From the human T2T-CHM13v2.0 reference genome, Homo sapiens: a DNA stretch of 64,000 nucleotides. The DNA is taken from NCBI RefSeq assembly GCF_009914755.1, contig NC_060940.1. One strand, 5' to 3'. Every line of letters begins with the position of its first letter. Position 1 is the first letter of the stretch. The notes beneath the pieces are model-generated. The model saw only the letters and a program-made list of their open reading frames with translations, did not search any database and was not told the DNA's origin. The position numbers and the translations under genes are program-made. This document shows positions 15,464-37,350 of this stretch, piece by piece.

Positions 15464-15764
15464 TTCTCTTTTTTTTTTTTTTTTTGAGACGGAGTCTCGC
15501 TCTGTTGCCCAGGCAGGAGTGCAGTGGCATGATCTCGGCTCACTGCAACCTCTGCCTCCCGGGTTCAAGCAATTCTCTTCCACAGCCTCCTGAGTAGCTG
15601 GGATTACAGGCACCTGCCACCATGCCCGGCTAATTTTTGTGTTTTTAGCACAGTTGGGGTTTCACCATGTTGGCCAGGCTGGTCTTGAACTCCTGACCTC
15701 AAGTGATCCACCCGCCTCGGCCTCCCAAAGTGCTGGAATTACAGGCGTGAGCCACCGCGCCCGG
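15464..15764 (-). mobile_element. Alu (AluS-like)
   Basis: Antisense dimer. Confidence 0.96.
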
Positions 15765-16183
15765 CTGATGCTGAACATGCGTGACTAACCTTCCGCGGGA
15801 GCAGTCATGCCGCTGCCTTCACCACCTGTTGCTTCTGGGAAATGTGGATCCAGGCTGCTGGCTCTCTCCCAGATCGTATCTGCAGCACAGGCACATGCTT
15901 GCTGTGAATTTCCACACTTGTCAGATCACCCGGTTTTCAACTTATTTTCTAGTTTTCTCTCTTTTGAAGAGTATTTTGCACACTGGCTGGGGCAGAGGCT
16001 GACAGTTTCCCAGACTGTGTTTTCTTGTTTACAGAGCACATGCAGACTTGCTCGAGTCATCTAACAGAGAAACCCAAAAACCTCCATTTTCTCCTGAGAT
16101 ATCTCTGCTATCTCTAATTTCACTTCAGCAGCACTGGTGGCTGAAATACTATGGACTATGTATTTCGGACTTCCTTTTTCTGA

Positions 16184-16567
<384 letters not shown>

Positions 16568-17067
16568 ACTCAGGTATTTATTAATAACCTCAAGGTGTTG
16601 CTGCACATTCCATAAGTTGAGAGCAGGTCCACTCTGCCACCCAGGGATGTCCCAGGCTGGGCGATTTGTTCTCCCACTGCACACCATGCAACTGTCATTT
16701 ATGCCTTAAGAAAATCCCATTGAAGTTGTGGACTCAATGCACAATCAAAACTGAAAGCAAAACCGAGGCAGTGAGTAGTGAGTGCCCAAGCACGAGAGGA
16801 GGGGACAAAGGCTGGGTCCCCGGCCATCAACAAACGGAGAGCTAGCTCATAAAACAGTGACCTGGAGCTTCAGTCAGCAGCCCTCACTCCCAAAAGGGGT
16901 GAGGAGTCTTCAGAAACTCCCCTGTCTTATGGCAGAAAGCTGAGCTCTGCACAGACCCTGGAAAAACCACTGTTGTCAAAGGAGAGATGGAAGTGGGCAG
17001 AAAGCCCAGGAAGGAGGGTTCCAGACTAGTGGAGGTACTAGCCTCAAACAAGACAGCTGAGTACTTA

Positions 17068-17580
<513 letters not shown>

Positions 17581-17643
17581 GAAGATCCACATCCTTCCTT
17601 ATTGGTGAAAGGAATGAATCGGAAACAGAAAGTTCTTTTTTAC

Positions 17644-17676
17644 CTTTATTAAATAAACGTGAAGTCATAAGAACTA
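17644..17676 (-). other. Candidate 33-nt exon (30 nt via NAGNAG acceptor)
   Basis: Minus strand: TTTTACTTTTATCCCACCCATTTTCTTTTAG|TAG TTCTTATGACTTCACGTTTATTTAATAAAG|GTAAAA. Confidence 0.3.
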
Positions 17677-17828
17677 CTAAAAGAAAATGGGTGGGATAAA
17701 AGTAAAACTAAATATGAAATCAGTAAGTATTCACTGTTATTTATTATAGATGACATTTAGACGCAAATACGAGAGGGAGAGTACCCTGTATATTAATAGC
17801 AGGGATAGCCAATTACAAAGTGGAATAA

Positions 17829-18151
<323 letters not shown>

Positions 18152-19347
18152 CTATCGAACAAAATAGCAGATAATGTTTTAGAATAAAGAAACAAAAGAG
18201 CTGGAAACATTTGAACGTTTTCAAAAAAAACCCTATAAGTGGGATGAGATACTGGTTCACAACTCTAATTTAGAGCCTATATAAACACATTAGCTTGACC
18301 TTGCTTGACATACATTATTTCTAAAAAATGTTTTAAATGTGAATATTTAGAAGATACACCATATTTTCTGCTTTTTATATACTATAAATTTTACTATGTG
18401 AGTTTAAAAAGTGGTTGGTAAAACACACACCCAAGCTCTCTGATCTTTCACACCCATTAAAAGCAGCACATGTATTAAACACACTGCTGCACAATGGGCG
18501 TGCCATGGGTGCTCTCCAACCGCATTGGGCTTGAATGTTTAACTAGGCCTGAAGCCACAGTGCTAACAAGATCTGGCAGAGACCGACAAGGCCACGCCGG
18601 CAGCAGGTGTTTCAGGAAAGGTATTACTCCACCATCCCTTGCGCTGAAGCCTTAGCCTCAGGCAAATTCATGAACCAGGTAGAATCTAATTCAGGTCACT
18701 TTGGCCAATCTCCACTTTCTACCAGCCTCCTCCAGGTCCCTACTGCCTTGGGAGGCCCCCTACCCACCTGCCAACCTATCCCCTCACCATCTACCGGCAC
18801 CAAGTCTGTGTGAGCACACTGTAGATACACGAGCTCCGTCCCAACTCAGAGCTAGGAGAGTATCAGAGGCCAAACGCCTGCCCCCTGCTTCTGGGCTCCA
18901 CCAGCAGCCTGGGAGGCCACCCCCTGCAGCTGACTCATCTGCATAGTGAGACTTCCTGACACAAATGGAGGTGACAATATTCGTTCCCCCATCATATCCC
19001 AGAAATTCCCTTATTGCCGACATCCATTCTGGGTTTTTACTGCGCTTCACACGAGGACAATTCCAGGCTGAAGTGGCAGGTCCCAGCACCAGACTCCACT
19101 TCATCAGAACACTTCTGTTAGAGTCTTTGAAACGCATGAAATCCCCTTTAGGGTCCATAATAACGCCTTCTGGAAACTCGACGGCAAGCCACTCACCCTC
19201 AGCCCTATCAGACCCCGTGGCTCCTTACATTTCTGTGACATACTTAATTTGCAATGTCCTCTTTTCCATCATGAAATAAAATTAAATTCATGGACAACAT
19301 AACCTTTAATCACTGAGACCATAAAGGACACCTCCAGCAGCTGACTA

Positions 19348-19842
<495 letters not shown>

Positions 19843-19937
19843 TTATTATATACATATATGTATAAGGTACATATTTGTATGTGTATATCCGTGCATATGT
19901 GTATATCTGCAGCAATTTTTTTTAAAAGGAGAAAATA

Positions 19938-20109
19938 GGCCAGAGCCAGTGGCTCATGCTTGTAATCCCCGCAATTTGGGAGGCTGAAGCAGAAGGATTG
20001 CTTGAACCCAGGAATTCAAAGCCTCAGTGAGCTGTGACTGCACCATTGCACTCCAGCCTGGGTGTCAGAGTAAGACCCTGTCTCTAAAATATAAATTAAT
20101 AAATAAAAA
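19938..20109 (+). mobile_element. Alu monomer (FAM/FRAM-like)
   Basis: Single arm with tail. Confidence 0.85.
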
Positions 20110-20779
20110 TTAAACGGAGAAAATTTCTTAACAACTTTTATCCTATTCATTCTTTCAACACATAATAAGCTCCTGAAATCCGTTAAGAATGAGATTAGAC
20201 CTATTCTAAATCCTACTAACACCTTACATTGACTCTGTCTTATTAATCTCAGTACTGTAGTACCTGGGGGAAGGCGCAGCACCGTGGACACTCAGAAACG
20301 TCAAGAATCAAATCACATCTCTACAACGGTGGTCCATCTGCAAACAGCGTGGAGATCAAGGAAGGGCAGAACAAAGTACTGAAAGTGCTGTCATTTCTCT
20401 GGAGGGTGAATTACACAGACCAACTTTCTTCACATAATAAGGAACAAGAAGTTGTTTGTTTATGGGTTCTATGGGAGCACCCGCTGCAGGCCACGCTAGA
20501 CGCTGGTGATAAAACTGTGAACATGGCGTCCATCACCTGACTCAGTGGTAGGAACCAGTGGCAGGGAGAATCCACAAGCAAGGACCCGAGTCACCAGCTG
20601 TGATTAAGAGCCAGGAAGAAAGCAAAAGCTTCCTGCAATAGAGAATACCCAACATGCGGTTTGGACAGAGTCAGGGACGTCCTTTCTGAAGAAATGAGAC
20701 TGAAGTGGAGATATCACAGTGAGATGGAGGCAATTGCGGTGGTGTAGGTCTGGGGAAGGCACGAGGGATGCAGGGATCA

Positions 20780-21229
<450 letters not shown>

Positions 21230-21314
21230 CTAGGCACACACAAGAGCTCTGCAGTGTTTTAAGTAAGACAGCACACAGTTCGATTCTTTCTTATTTTGCA
21301 TTTTAATTTTTTAA

Positions 21315-21611
<297 letters not shown>

Positions 21612-21614
21612 AAT

Positions 21615-21850
21615 TTTTTAAAACTTTTTAATTCAAACTAATGTTAATCATATAGGAAAGTTACATATACGGTACAGGGAGTTCTCATATATCCCTCGCT
21701 CCACTTCTCCTAACGTGAATGTCTTATTGTACGACGTCAAGCACAGCTTGATAATCAAGAACAGGAAATTAACTAGACGATGAACTTGATTTGAGTTTCA
21801 CCAATTTTTCACCTGATTTATGTTCCAGGATCCCATCCAGGATCCCACGC
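21615..21850 (-). mobile_element. Old L1 (L1MC-like) 3' fragment
   Basis: ggtacagggagttctcatatatcc...gttccaggatcccatccaggatcc. Confidence 0.55.
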
Positions 21851-22371
21851 GGCTGGCTGGCTCTTTTTAAAGCCTACACAGCTCTGGGTGGCGAATGGCT
21901 CCGGAGGTGTCAGGAGTAGAAGCGGGGGCTCACTCCTGGCCTTTTGCTGTGGTCCAGGCAAAAGCTGGAGTGGCCTTAGGTCAGGTTCATGATTTAAGGT
22001 CTAGGCAGAACCGACAGGATGTGAACAAAGGGAACAAGGACACTTCCTGGGTTCCTGGGTTCTGCCTTCAGTACGTGGACGGATGAGTGAGACCAGAAGA
22101 AGTAAAAGTTTAGGGGGCAAAATCAGGAGCTCAGTTCTGGACCTCCCAAGCTGAAGATGCTGGTGACACGCTCAAGCGATAGGGACAAGGAGGTGGCTAT
22201 ACCATGAAATCAGAAGGGAGCTCAGGGCCAGAGATCCACTGTCCATAATATCACCAGGGAGAAGACAGCAGGTGGGGAGGCCTGGGAAGCAGCCTTGGAG
22301 CTGCAATGTTTTGAACGGCCAGGGAAGTGGGCCAGCAGGGCTCTGAGGAGGGACAAAGGGGTAGGGAGGGG

Positions 22372-22683
22372 GGCTGGGTGTGATGGCTAAAGCCTGTAAT
22401 CCCAGCACTTTGAGAGGCCGAGGCGGGTGGATCACCTGAGCCCAGGAGTTTGAGACCAGCCTGGCTAACATGGTGAAACCCCCGTCTCTATTAAAAAATA
22501 TATATATACAAAAATTAGCCAGGCATGGTGGTGTATGACTGTAATCCCAGCTACTCAGGAGGCTGAGGCAGGAGAATTGCCTTGAACCCGGGAGGTGGAG
22601 GTTGCAGTGAGCGGACATTGGTGCCACTGCACTCCAGCCAGGGCAACAGAGCAAGACTCTGTCTCCAAAAAAAAAAAAAAAAA
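22372..22683 (+). mobile_element. Alu (AluS-like)
   Basis: Dimer with A-tail. Confidence 0.95.
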
Positions 22684-23435
22684 GAAGTGGATCACTGTGA
22701 ACGCTGCAGAGAGAAGATGAGGCCACTAGGAAAGCCAGCCTGGGTTTGGCCACTGGCCACGCAAAGACTGTCAGTGACCACACCAGGGAGAGGTGCGTTT
22801 GGGCGGCGAAGAGCACAGGCCAGGCTGGCAGGTTGGTGTGCGAGTGTGTGCAAGGTGGAGAAGGCACACGCGGTCAGTCCTTTGGAGAAGTCTGGCACGA
22901 GGCCTGCCGAGGAAATGGCCCGGGGGTGTGGCAGGGCGGAGGTCCTGCGCCATGTCCTGCACTGACCAGGGCAGCCCACGGGAAGGCAGCTGCAGAGAAG
23001 GCAGAACCCGCAGCTCCAGAAGGTTTGGGGCATGACCAGCAGAGGCCAACTTCTATTGTGAAGAAGAAACCGACTCCCAGACTTTCAGGGAAGGGGGTGT
23101 GTTTGGTCTGGTGGCAGTGGGGACAGCAAAGTAGGACCCTTGGGTGTGGCTACGATTGAGAGGATGTCAGGTAGTGTGAGATTCAGGCTGGTGTAGATTC
23201 ACTCATGAGAAAGTATCTAAAATCTTCCAGATGACAGTGCTACCAGCTGGACAGCTGACAGTGGGCGCTGGCTCTTTCAAAACAGTGCTCCAAAGGCAAA
23301 GAAATAGCAAAGACAGAAGTAAGGCACTTAACTATTTGTTGGGTGAATATAGAAATGAATGAATGAATGGATGGATGAGCAGATATATCAAGAAGTTAAT
23401 TCACAAATTAAAGCCCATTATGAAACTGAAGTAGA

Positions 23436-23850
<415 letters not shown>

Positions 23851-24116
23851 CTATTCATAATTGCCAAAACCTGGAAACCAACCTAATGTCCTTCCCAGGA
23901 TGAATGGATAAACACACTGTGGTCCCTCCCCACAATGGGGCACTACTCAGCATCACAAGGAATGAACTAGAGACCCATGCAGCATCCAGGACGAATCTCA
24001 ATAGCTCTAGACTAAGTGGAAGAAACCAGTCTTCAAAGGGTACGTGCTGTGTGGTTCCATTTTAATGACAGGCTCCCAAAGGCAAAACTACAGGGAATGG
24101 ATAGTTGTTGCTGGGT

Positions 24117-24660
24117 CGGCAGGGGCCTGGAGGCAGGGAACTTAAGGCCGATTCACCCTGACTTTTTAGAACTGAATCAAAAGGAAAACCATACCCAGGT
24201 AACAAAAGGATCAGAGGCTACTACTCCCTTTGCACCTCGTGGCAGATGAAAAATGGAAAGTACCTCTGATTGGTTCCCTCCCGCAACCAACCAGACTGGT
24301 CCCAGGCCAGGTCTTCAGGTGTAACGTTGCAACTTCACTTCAACCTCTGATTGGTCGCCTCCTGCAACCAATCAGACTGGTCACAGGCCACTCCTTCACT
24401 TACATAGGGTGTAACCAAGTAACCAATGGGAAACCTCTACAGGGTATTAAGGCTCCAGAAAATTCTCTAATCAGCCACTTGCTCCTGCTCGAGCCTGCTC
24501 CCACTCCGTGGAGTGTACTTTCATTTCAGTAAATCTGTGCTTCCCTTGCTTCGTTTTCTCGTTGCTTTGTTTGTGCATTTTGTCCAATTCTTTGTTCAAA
24601 ATGCCAAGAATCTGGTTAAGAACCCAGACAACTTGTAGTCAAGACCCTCCACTGGTAACA
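24117..24660 (+). mobile_element. MER51-type ERV1 solo LTR
   Basis: ctggaggcagggaacttaaggccgattcac...aacaaaaggatcagaggctac..., CCAAT boxes, ends in taaca. Confidence 0.85.
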
Positions 24661-24671
24661 CCCATAAAGGG

Positions 24672-25358
<687 letters not shown>

Positions 25359-26009
25359 AAAGGTCAACCCTTGGGAAAGATTTTTGGGGGGTGATTAAAC
25401 TGTTCTGTATCCTGATTGTACTGGTGGCTACAAAACCTATACATGTGTTATGATCCTTAGAACCGTATAGCAAGAGAAAAAAGTCAGTTCACAAATGATA
25501 ATTAGCAAAATAAAATTATACGTTACCATACAATCTTGCAATTCCAATCCAAGCCTCTACTCACGAGAAATGGAAACAACTAAGACTTGCAAGCGATGTT
25601 CAGAGCAGCTCTGTTTATTACAGCCAAGACGTGGGAATAATCCACGTGTCCAGCAGCTGGTGAATGGATGGACACACTGTGATATATCCACACCACCGAA
25701 TTTAACTCACGAAAAAGGACCTAAATACTTGATCTGTGCTACAATACAGAAGAACCTCAAAAACAATAAGCTAATTGAGAAGTCAGCTACAAAAGACTAC
25801 AATAGTGCATGATTCCAATTATATGAAATGTCTAGAAAAAGCAAATCTATAGACACAGAAAGTAGATTTGTGGTTTGGGACTGGAAGCAGGTATTGTCTG
25901 AAACCAGATATGATGGACCTCATGGGATGATGGAAATGTTCTAAAACCAGATGATACCCTAAATTTTCTAAAAATAAAATTGTATACTTTTCACAGCTGA
26001 GCTTCATAG

Positions 26010-26374
<365 letters not shown>

Positions 26375-26757
26375 CTAGCTATATATTTTTTAAAGTAAAA
26401 CTTGATCCCTACCTCATAGTGTACACAAAAAATATCAGTTCACATTTCACGTGGATTATAGACATAAATCTGAAAAGTGAAACAATAGAGTATCTAGGAA
26501 ATAATATTATAGTTTCATGACCTCAGAAGTAGAGAAATAGGACAAAAAAAGTCCTCACCTAACAAAGAAAAAAAGTGGATCAATTTTATGGTAGGCTGAA
26601 CCATATGCCAATTGCCAATATTTGACCATTTCGATCTACAAAAATGGCAATTTCGTAGTAAAAAGGCAAAACTAGAGTGGGAGAAGGTATTTGCCTCACA
26701 TATAACTGACAAAGGGCTGGTAGCCTGAATATAAAGAACTCCTCAAAATCAGTAAGA

Positions 26758-27064
26758 GGCCAGGCCCGGGGGCTCACACATGTAATCTCAGCACTTTAGG
26801 AGGCCAAGGTTGGTGGACCACCCGAGGTCGGGAGTTGAAGAGCAGCCTGGCCAACATGGTGAAACCCCATCTCTACTAAAAATACAAAAATTAGCTGGGT
26901 GAGGTGGCACGTGCCTGTAATCCCAGCTACTGGGGAGACTGAGGCAAAAGAATGTTGAACCCGGGAGGTGGAGGTTGCAATGAGCCGAGATTGTGCCACT
27001 GCACTCCAGCCTGGGCGACAGAGTGAGACTCTGTCTCAAGACAATACAAAACAAAACAAAACAA
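26758..27064 (+). mobile_element. Alu (AluS-like)
   Basis: Dimer with (AAAAC)n tail. Confidence 0.95.
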
Positions 27065-27712
27065 GCCCAACAATAAGAAAACAAAACCAGACCACTCAGT
27101 AGAAAAATGTGTAACAAAGCTGAACAGGCACTTCACTGAAGAGCCAACCCAGGTGGCCAGCAGACATATGAAAAGACACTCAGCCAGGGAACTGCAAATC
27201 AAATACAGAATCACAAATGAAAATTACCAAAAGAAACTGCACCCACCCACCAGAGTGGCTGCAATTCAACAGAGTGACAAGCGCTGGTGAGGATGCAGAG
27301 CCACCCACAGGAACCCTCATACTCTGCTGACGGGTATGAGGTGATAACAATGTTATCACCATTTGTTATCACCATTTGTAAAACAAGTCGGTATTACCGA
27401 TGGAAGTTGAAGACACTCACACTCTATGGCTCAATAATTCCCCTTCTAGACATTGATTTCGGCCAAAGAAATGCATGCAAGTGTGCACCAGGATACAGTA
27501 CGTAAGTATTCACAGGGATTATTGTAAAAGTCAAAGCCCAGAAACAACCCATGTATCCATCAAGAGGAGGATCGATGGATACGTTGTGATATGACCGAGA
27601 AGGCACAACAGCAGTGACGATGAAGGAACCCCAGCGTAAGCAACAGGCAACAGGAATGAAGCTCACAAACTTTACACTGAGTGACAGAGGCAGCCACAAA
27701 AGAATATATACT

Positions 27713-28009
27713 GACCAGGGGCAGTGGCTCAAGTCCGTAATCCCAGCACTTTGGGAGGCCTAGGCGGGTGGATTACCTGAGGTCAGGAGTTTGAGACCAA
27801 CCTGGCCAACATGGTGAAACCCCGTCTCTACTAAAAATACAAAAAATCAGCCAGGCATGGTGGTGGGTGCCTGTAGTCCCAGCTCCTCAGGAAGCTGAGG
27901 CAGGAGAATCACTTGAACCTGGGAGGTGGAGGTTGCAGTGAGTCGAGGTCATGGCATCGCGCTCCAGCCTGGGCAACAACAGCAAAACTCGGTCTCAAAA
28001 AAAAAAAAA
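27713..28009 (+). mobile_element. Alu (AluS-like)
   Basis: Dimer; TSD ~aaaagaata(t/c)a(t/c)actg. Confidence 0.95.
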
Positions 28010-28894
28010 GAATACACACTGCAGGTTCCATTTGTACGAAATTCAAACACAGGCAAACGCAATTTATGGTGCCAGAAGTCAGGACATGGTTACCTTTAGA
28101 AGGAGGAAGTGGGTAGCGTTGGGAGGGACACGAGGGAGGCTTCTGGGATATTCTGTTTCATCTGGGTGCTGGTTTAGTGGATGTGTTCCTTTTGTGATAA
28201 TTCTTCAAACTGTACACTTATGCATTTTATGCATGCATATTACACTTCAATGCAAAATTTATTTTAAGAAACAGGAAACCAAACTCTTCAAAAATGCCAA
28301 TAGCAGTAAAGAAAAAAAAATGTGCGGAACTGTTCTAGATCTAGATCTTGAGTGTCCTCTTTTAGGAAAAGATCATCCCTGATTGGATCCTGGATGAACA
28401 CCATAAAAGCTCTAAAGGATACTGTTAGATGCTGGGGAAATTTGAACATGAACTATATATTTTATAAGAGTATTCTGTCAATGTTATATTTCTTGAGTAG
28501 GATAATTTGTTTTGTCTGTACAGGAGAATGTCCTTGTTCATAGGAGATACATGCTGAAGAATTTAAGGGTGCAGGGCCACAATGTCTGCAATTTAGTCAG
28601 TTAACGGTTCAATGGCTCAGCAAAGAAAAAAGAGGACAAATATAGATACACACACATACACATATGCACATACATATGTGTGTACTGTATTATATCCCAT
28701 TCAGGGTTCTTGCACAAATGTGTGTATAATTATATTCACACATACATATATACACACCTACACTGAGACAGCCAAAGAAATTTGGCAAAATGTTAACCAC
28801 GGGTCAATCAGGTGAAGTGGGATATTAGTGTTCATTATACTATTATTTCAACTTTTCTGTAGGTTTGAAATTTATCAAAATGAAAAGTTGCGAA

Positions 28895-29190
28895 GGCCAG
28901 GCACAGTAGCTCACACCTGGAATCGCAGCACTTTGGGAGGCCGAGGCGGGTGGATTGTTTGAGCCCAGGAGTTTGAGACCAGCCTGGGTAACATGGCGAA
29001 ACCACTGGCTAATACAAAAATTAATCAGGCATGGTGGTGCACACCTGTAGTTCCAGTTCCTCAGGGGGCAGAGGTGAGAGGATCATCTGAGCCTGGGAGG
29101 TCGAGGCAGAGGTGAGCCATCATCGTGCCACTACACTCCAGCCTGAGTGACAGACTGAGACCCTGTCTCAATAAATAAATAAAATTAATT
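28895..29190 (+). mobile_element. Alu (AluJ-like)
   Basis: Diverged dimer. Confidence 0.93.
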
Positions 29191-29206
29191 AATTAAAATT
29201 AAATTA

Positions 29207-29748
<542 letters not shown>

Positions 29749-29754
29749 TTATAA

Positions 29755-30177
<423 letters not shown>

Positions 30178-30726
30178 TGAGCAACAAGTTATAATCGCAC
30201 GCTGGAGGAAGAAAGAGGAAGCCGTCGGCCACACAGCTCCGCTCTGCCAAGGCTCTGCTGCCGTCCCTCACCCGCCCCACCACGTGGCAACCCAATCACA
30301 ACAATGCCGCCGTCCCCCAGCTGCTAAATGCTCTCACCATTTGGTTGCTGTGCAAACACACCTAACTTAGACTTCAGACTGATGTCCTGGAGGTGCTACA
30401 AGATGGCCATTCTTTATGAGTAAGGCTGCCTTCCAGGGTAAAAATTATGATTTTCCCATAAATCACATATAAGCACTTAGCAAAAAATATTTAAAACTCT
30501 CATAAGTTTTGGTCCTAAATTCTTTTCTCTTGCTGTTACTACAAAAATGACAGAGACAAAAAATTTATTATTTATAACGGCTTGGAATCTAATTCCAAAT
30601 GAGTTGCTTCCGTAGATTCACGTAATACTGCAGAACTAAATATGCAAGATTCCCGATTCCAAATGGAGGCCAAATTCCATCCACACAGGAGACAGAGGAA
30701 CCCTCAGCAGTCTCTCCTTGAAGTAA

Positions 30727-30992
<266 letters not shown>

Positions 30993-31044
30993 CTTGACAA
31001 GCTGACAACAGTTATCTATGTTCTTCGTCAGTTCATGGACTCGA

Positions 31045-31265
31045 CACCAAAATGCCTGGGTTCAGATCCCAATTCCTGTGAAGGCTTAAGCAATTACTTA
31101 ACCTCTTTGTGCCTCAGTTTCTGAGTCTGACAGATTATGGCAACATCAGTGACTTTACAGGGTTTTGAGGATTAAATGAGTAAATACTCTAAAGGGCTCA
31201 GATCTGTGCCTGGCACATATTAGCACCGATGCTGGCCTGTTCAAAAATTCTATTATTATTTGCTC
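31045..31265 (+). mobile_element. MIR
   Basis: ttacttaacctctttgtgcctcagtttc...gaggattaaatgag...gtgcctggcacat. Confidence 0.85.
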
Positions 31266-31710
31266 AACAATTGCCTGAAAACATAGAAAAACTGTCTGCC
31301 ACATACGCAGATGAGGGGAACAACGAAAGATTTGGTGGGTTTCAGAAGAGGTACAGGCCTGATGGCTGCCGTGCGCCAACAAGGTGAGCCTGCAGATCAG
31401 AGACCACGTGCATGAGCCACAGTGCATGTGGCTGCTGTGTCCCCTCTGCCTTCTCGGTCTTACACAAATGGTCTCTTGTGGCTCAAGTTACATACAGAGC
31501 TCCAACTTAGCCAAGGTGACGCAAAACGAACTCACTACACGTACCCCTTGTCAACTTGGTGTCCATATCTACTCCTCTTTTCAACCGTACTTAACTTCCA
31601 AATCAAGTAAATAGCAACTAGGCTTCCATGCCATATAATGCTACTATCCGTCTTACAACCAAAACCATGCTAACCCTCTCCCCAGAAGAGGAGCCAAAGT
31701 CCTTTTATGA

Positions 31711-32009
<299 letters not shown>

Positions 32010-33008
32010 CCAAAGTCCTTTTACATTCTATCTGAGTGGTTATCCGTTGGCACCCCATGGAATGAAGAAGGAGACTGAAGTGATAACATAAGGCTGGTAG
32101 CTGACAGACCCCTGAAGTGTAACTATGAAGGCGGGCTGTGGACCTTGCCGGCTGGAAGCAAGACCCTTCTGGTCATCTTTACTACCAGGTAGAGAAGGAG
32201 AAGACACTCACCGCATACCAGGTACCAGGAAATGTGTTGATTTGTTCCAGCAACAAAAACACATCTGGCACAGCAGCTGTAACTGCAGTCACCGCCTAGT
32301 TTAAGTTTATGACAACCTGCTGTCATTCTCTAAGATCCATCCGTCTTCTAGACAAGCCAAATATGGATTAAACGGAGATGTGACACGATCACCACCCTTG
32401 CATCTTTCAAGTCCCTGATGGTGGCACTAATCTCTGCCATCCTCCCAGGAATGTGATAATTGCTTTGGGTTGACTATTTTGGTAGACAGAGGCAGTTCTG
32501 GCAGCTTCCACTTGGCCTTTGCTACCACAACAGCCCTCACTCCAGGGAACCAGTGTCAGAATTCTGCCAGGTGCTAAGTAGATATATATTTACTTATGCA
32601 TTGCAGAACTGCAGAAAGAACCACAGGACAGCTATTATATCTTAATAATTACTTAATATATAATACACAATGATATGTGGGTATTAAATATTATGAGTCA
32701 TTACTCTGAAATGGATTAAAGTTAATATAAGTGTAATTGCCATACAGAGTGATTATGGGTGCCCACTCAAAAGTCAGCCATACTCAATTATACACAAAAA
32801 CACAAAACACACGTGCACACATGCTTAGATTGCCTCGCAAAGCCTATATGCATGGGAAGCCAATGACACACACGAGGAAAGATGGGAACACAGAGCTGCT
32901 TCTTGGTTTCAGGGAATCCTCACTTCTTTCTTCCTTCTCAGGGAAATTTCGCTTTGTTTCATGCTCGACCTCCAGCCTCCCAGGTCTTGGCCTTAAAGAT
33001 TCCAAGGG

Positions 33009-33517
<509 letters not shown>

Positions 33518-33679
33518 TCAACCCTGGTCCTTCAAACTTCTTTCAGAACTCACACACACACCACGTCCCCTTATGAGTTTTGAGCAGAATGCTTTTTCTT
33601 TGAAAGTCTGTATTCAACACCCCCTTTTTATTTATACAAACTTGGAGGGTATGTGAGAAATTTTATGGCATGTATATAA

Positions 33680-34072
<393 letters not shown>

Positions 34073-34329
34073 TAGGTGAGAATATATATAATATTAGAAT
34101 AATATTACTCTGCTCTCAAGCCTTGAACTTATTCCTTCTACGTTACTGCATGATTGTACCCTTTAACCGACTTCTCTTGACCCTTCTCCTCCCCGCCACT
34201 CACCCTTCCCAGCCTCTGTTACCCTTCTTGCCACTCTCTACCTCCATGTGATCAAACCTTTTAGGTCCCACATATAAGAACATGCAATATGTCTTTTGTG
34301 TCTGGCTTCCTTCACTTAATGACTTCCAA

Positions 34330-34788
<459 letters not shown>

Positions 34789-35212
34789 CTATTGCCAACA
34801 TTGCTGTGATGAACATACAAGTGCAGGTATCCCTTTGATAGATCGATTTCTTTTCCTCTGGGTAGATATCTAGTAGTGGGATTAATAATAGCCATTGTGC
34901 CCAGTAAGACCCCACTTCTTAATATTATTCTCATATAATTCTAATAGCCATTCTGACTGGCATAAGGTGATATTTCCTTCTGGTTTTGATTTGCATTTCT
35001 CTGTGATGAGTGATGCTGAGCATTTTTTATTGTAATGCTCTTGACTAACTGTGCCACGTTTACAACTGTCTTTGAGCGGAGACCTGTACTACAGAGTCCT
35101 ACACAGGGTTAAGGAGGAGCATCAGAAGGCAGTGAACAGACGTGAGGCCTATCAGCTGGTACTAGAAAAGAGACAATCCATTTAAGGCTTTGACTCATTT
35201 TTGAAACCTATG

Positions 35213-35894
<682 letters not shown>

Positions 35895-36666
35895 CCGTGT
35901 CGCTGTACACTCTTTGCAGTATGAAGTCAGCATGGTTTCAGTTGAGAAAAGAGGAACAGAGTAGTTGGGTCTCATCCTCACAACCCTGTTTCTCTCCTCT
36001 CTTCTCTCGGGGTCATCACTCCCCAACCATCCAAACCAGAAGCCTCCAGGTCACTTTCTTCTCCTTCCTTTCCCTCACCATCAAGCCCTGCCAAGTCTCG
36101 CTGTGGAATCCACTACTTTCCTTCCACTCCCACTGCCTGAACCCTGAATGTCTCTCGGGCCCCAGCAAAGAGCTTCCAAACCATTCTCCAGGCTTCCAGT
36201 TTCTCCTCTTCCAATTCATCCTCCATTATATTATCACCCCATAAGCCTTGCTCTGAAACTCGTAATGCTTGCCCTTTTATAAAAATAATAGCAACAACAT
36301 CTCCTACAACTAAGATTTAGAGAATACGGATTATGTGTCAAACACTGTTCTAAGCACCTTACACGCACTACCCTCACAGTTAACCCGCACCAGTCTGTGA
36401 ATAGGTACTACTACAAACTCCTGCTAACAGAACAGAGCAGAGACTCTAACGTGGCATGCAAAGTCTTTCACTACCAGGCCCCAAGCCCCTTTCCACCCCC
36501 ATCTCCCATGTCCTCCATCTTTGCTGCTTCCCCACGTACTTGCGGTGCTGTTTCTCAAACACCCACCCCTTTCTGTGTTACACGCCCTCATGCCGTTTCC
36601 TTGCCATTTTAGGTGTTCTGCTACTGTTTTAATTCTTGTCTTTTTAAGTGTTCCAACGACACTTTA

Positions 36667-36996
<330 letters not shown>

Positions 36997-37051
36997 GCAG
37001 GATTGCACCCTTGAAAGTTAAAATTTTACTTTTGCTGAAAGGAACAATTGA

Positions 37052-37350
37052 GGTCAGGTGCAGGGACTCACGCCTGTAATCCCAGCCCTTTGGGAGGTCG
37101 AGGCAGGCGGATCGTTTGAGCTCGGGTGTTCAAGACCAGCCTGGGTAACATAGTGAGATCCCATCTCTACGAAAAATGCAAAAATTAGCTGGGCATGATG
37201 GTGCACACCTGTAGTCCCAGCTACTTGGGAGGCTGAAGTGGGAGGATCACCTGAGCCCAGGAGGTAGGGGCTGCGGTGACCCATGATTGCACCACTGCAC
37301 TCCAGGCTGGGTGGCAGAGCAAAACCCTGTCTCAAATCCAAAAGAAAAGA
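37052..37350 (+). mobile_element. Alu (AluJ-like)
   Basis: Dimer with purine-rich tail. Confidence 0.94.
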
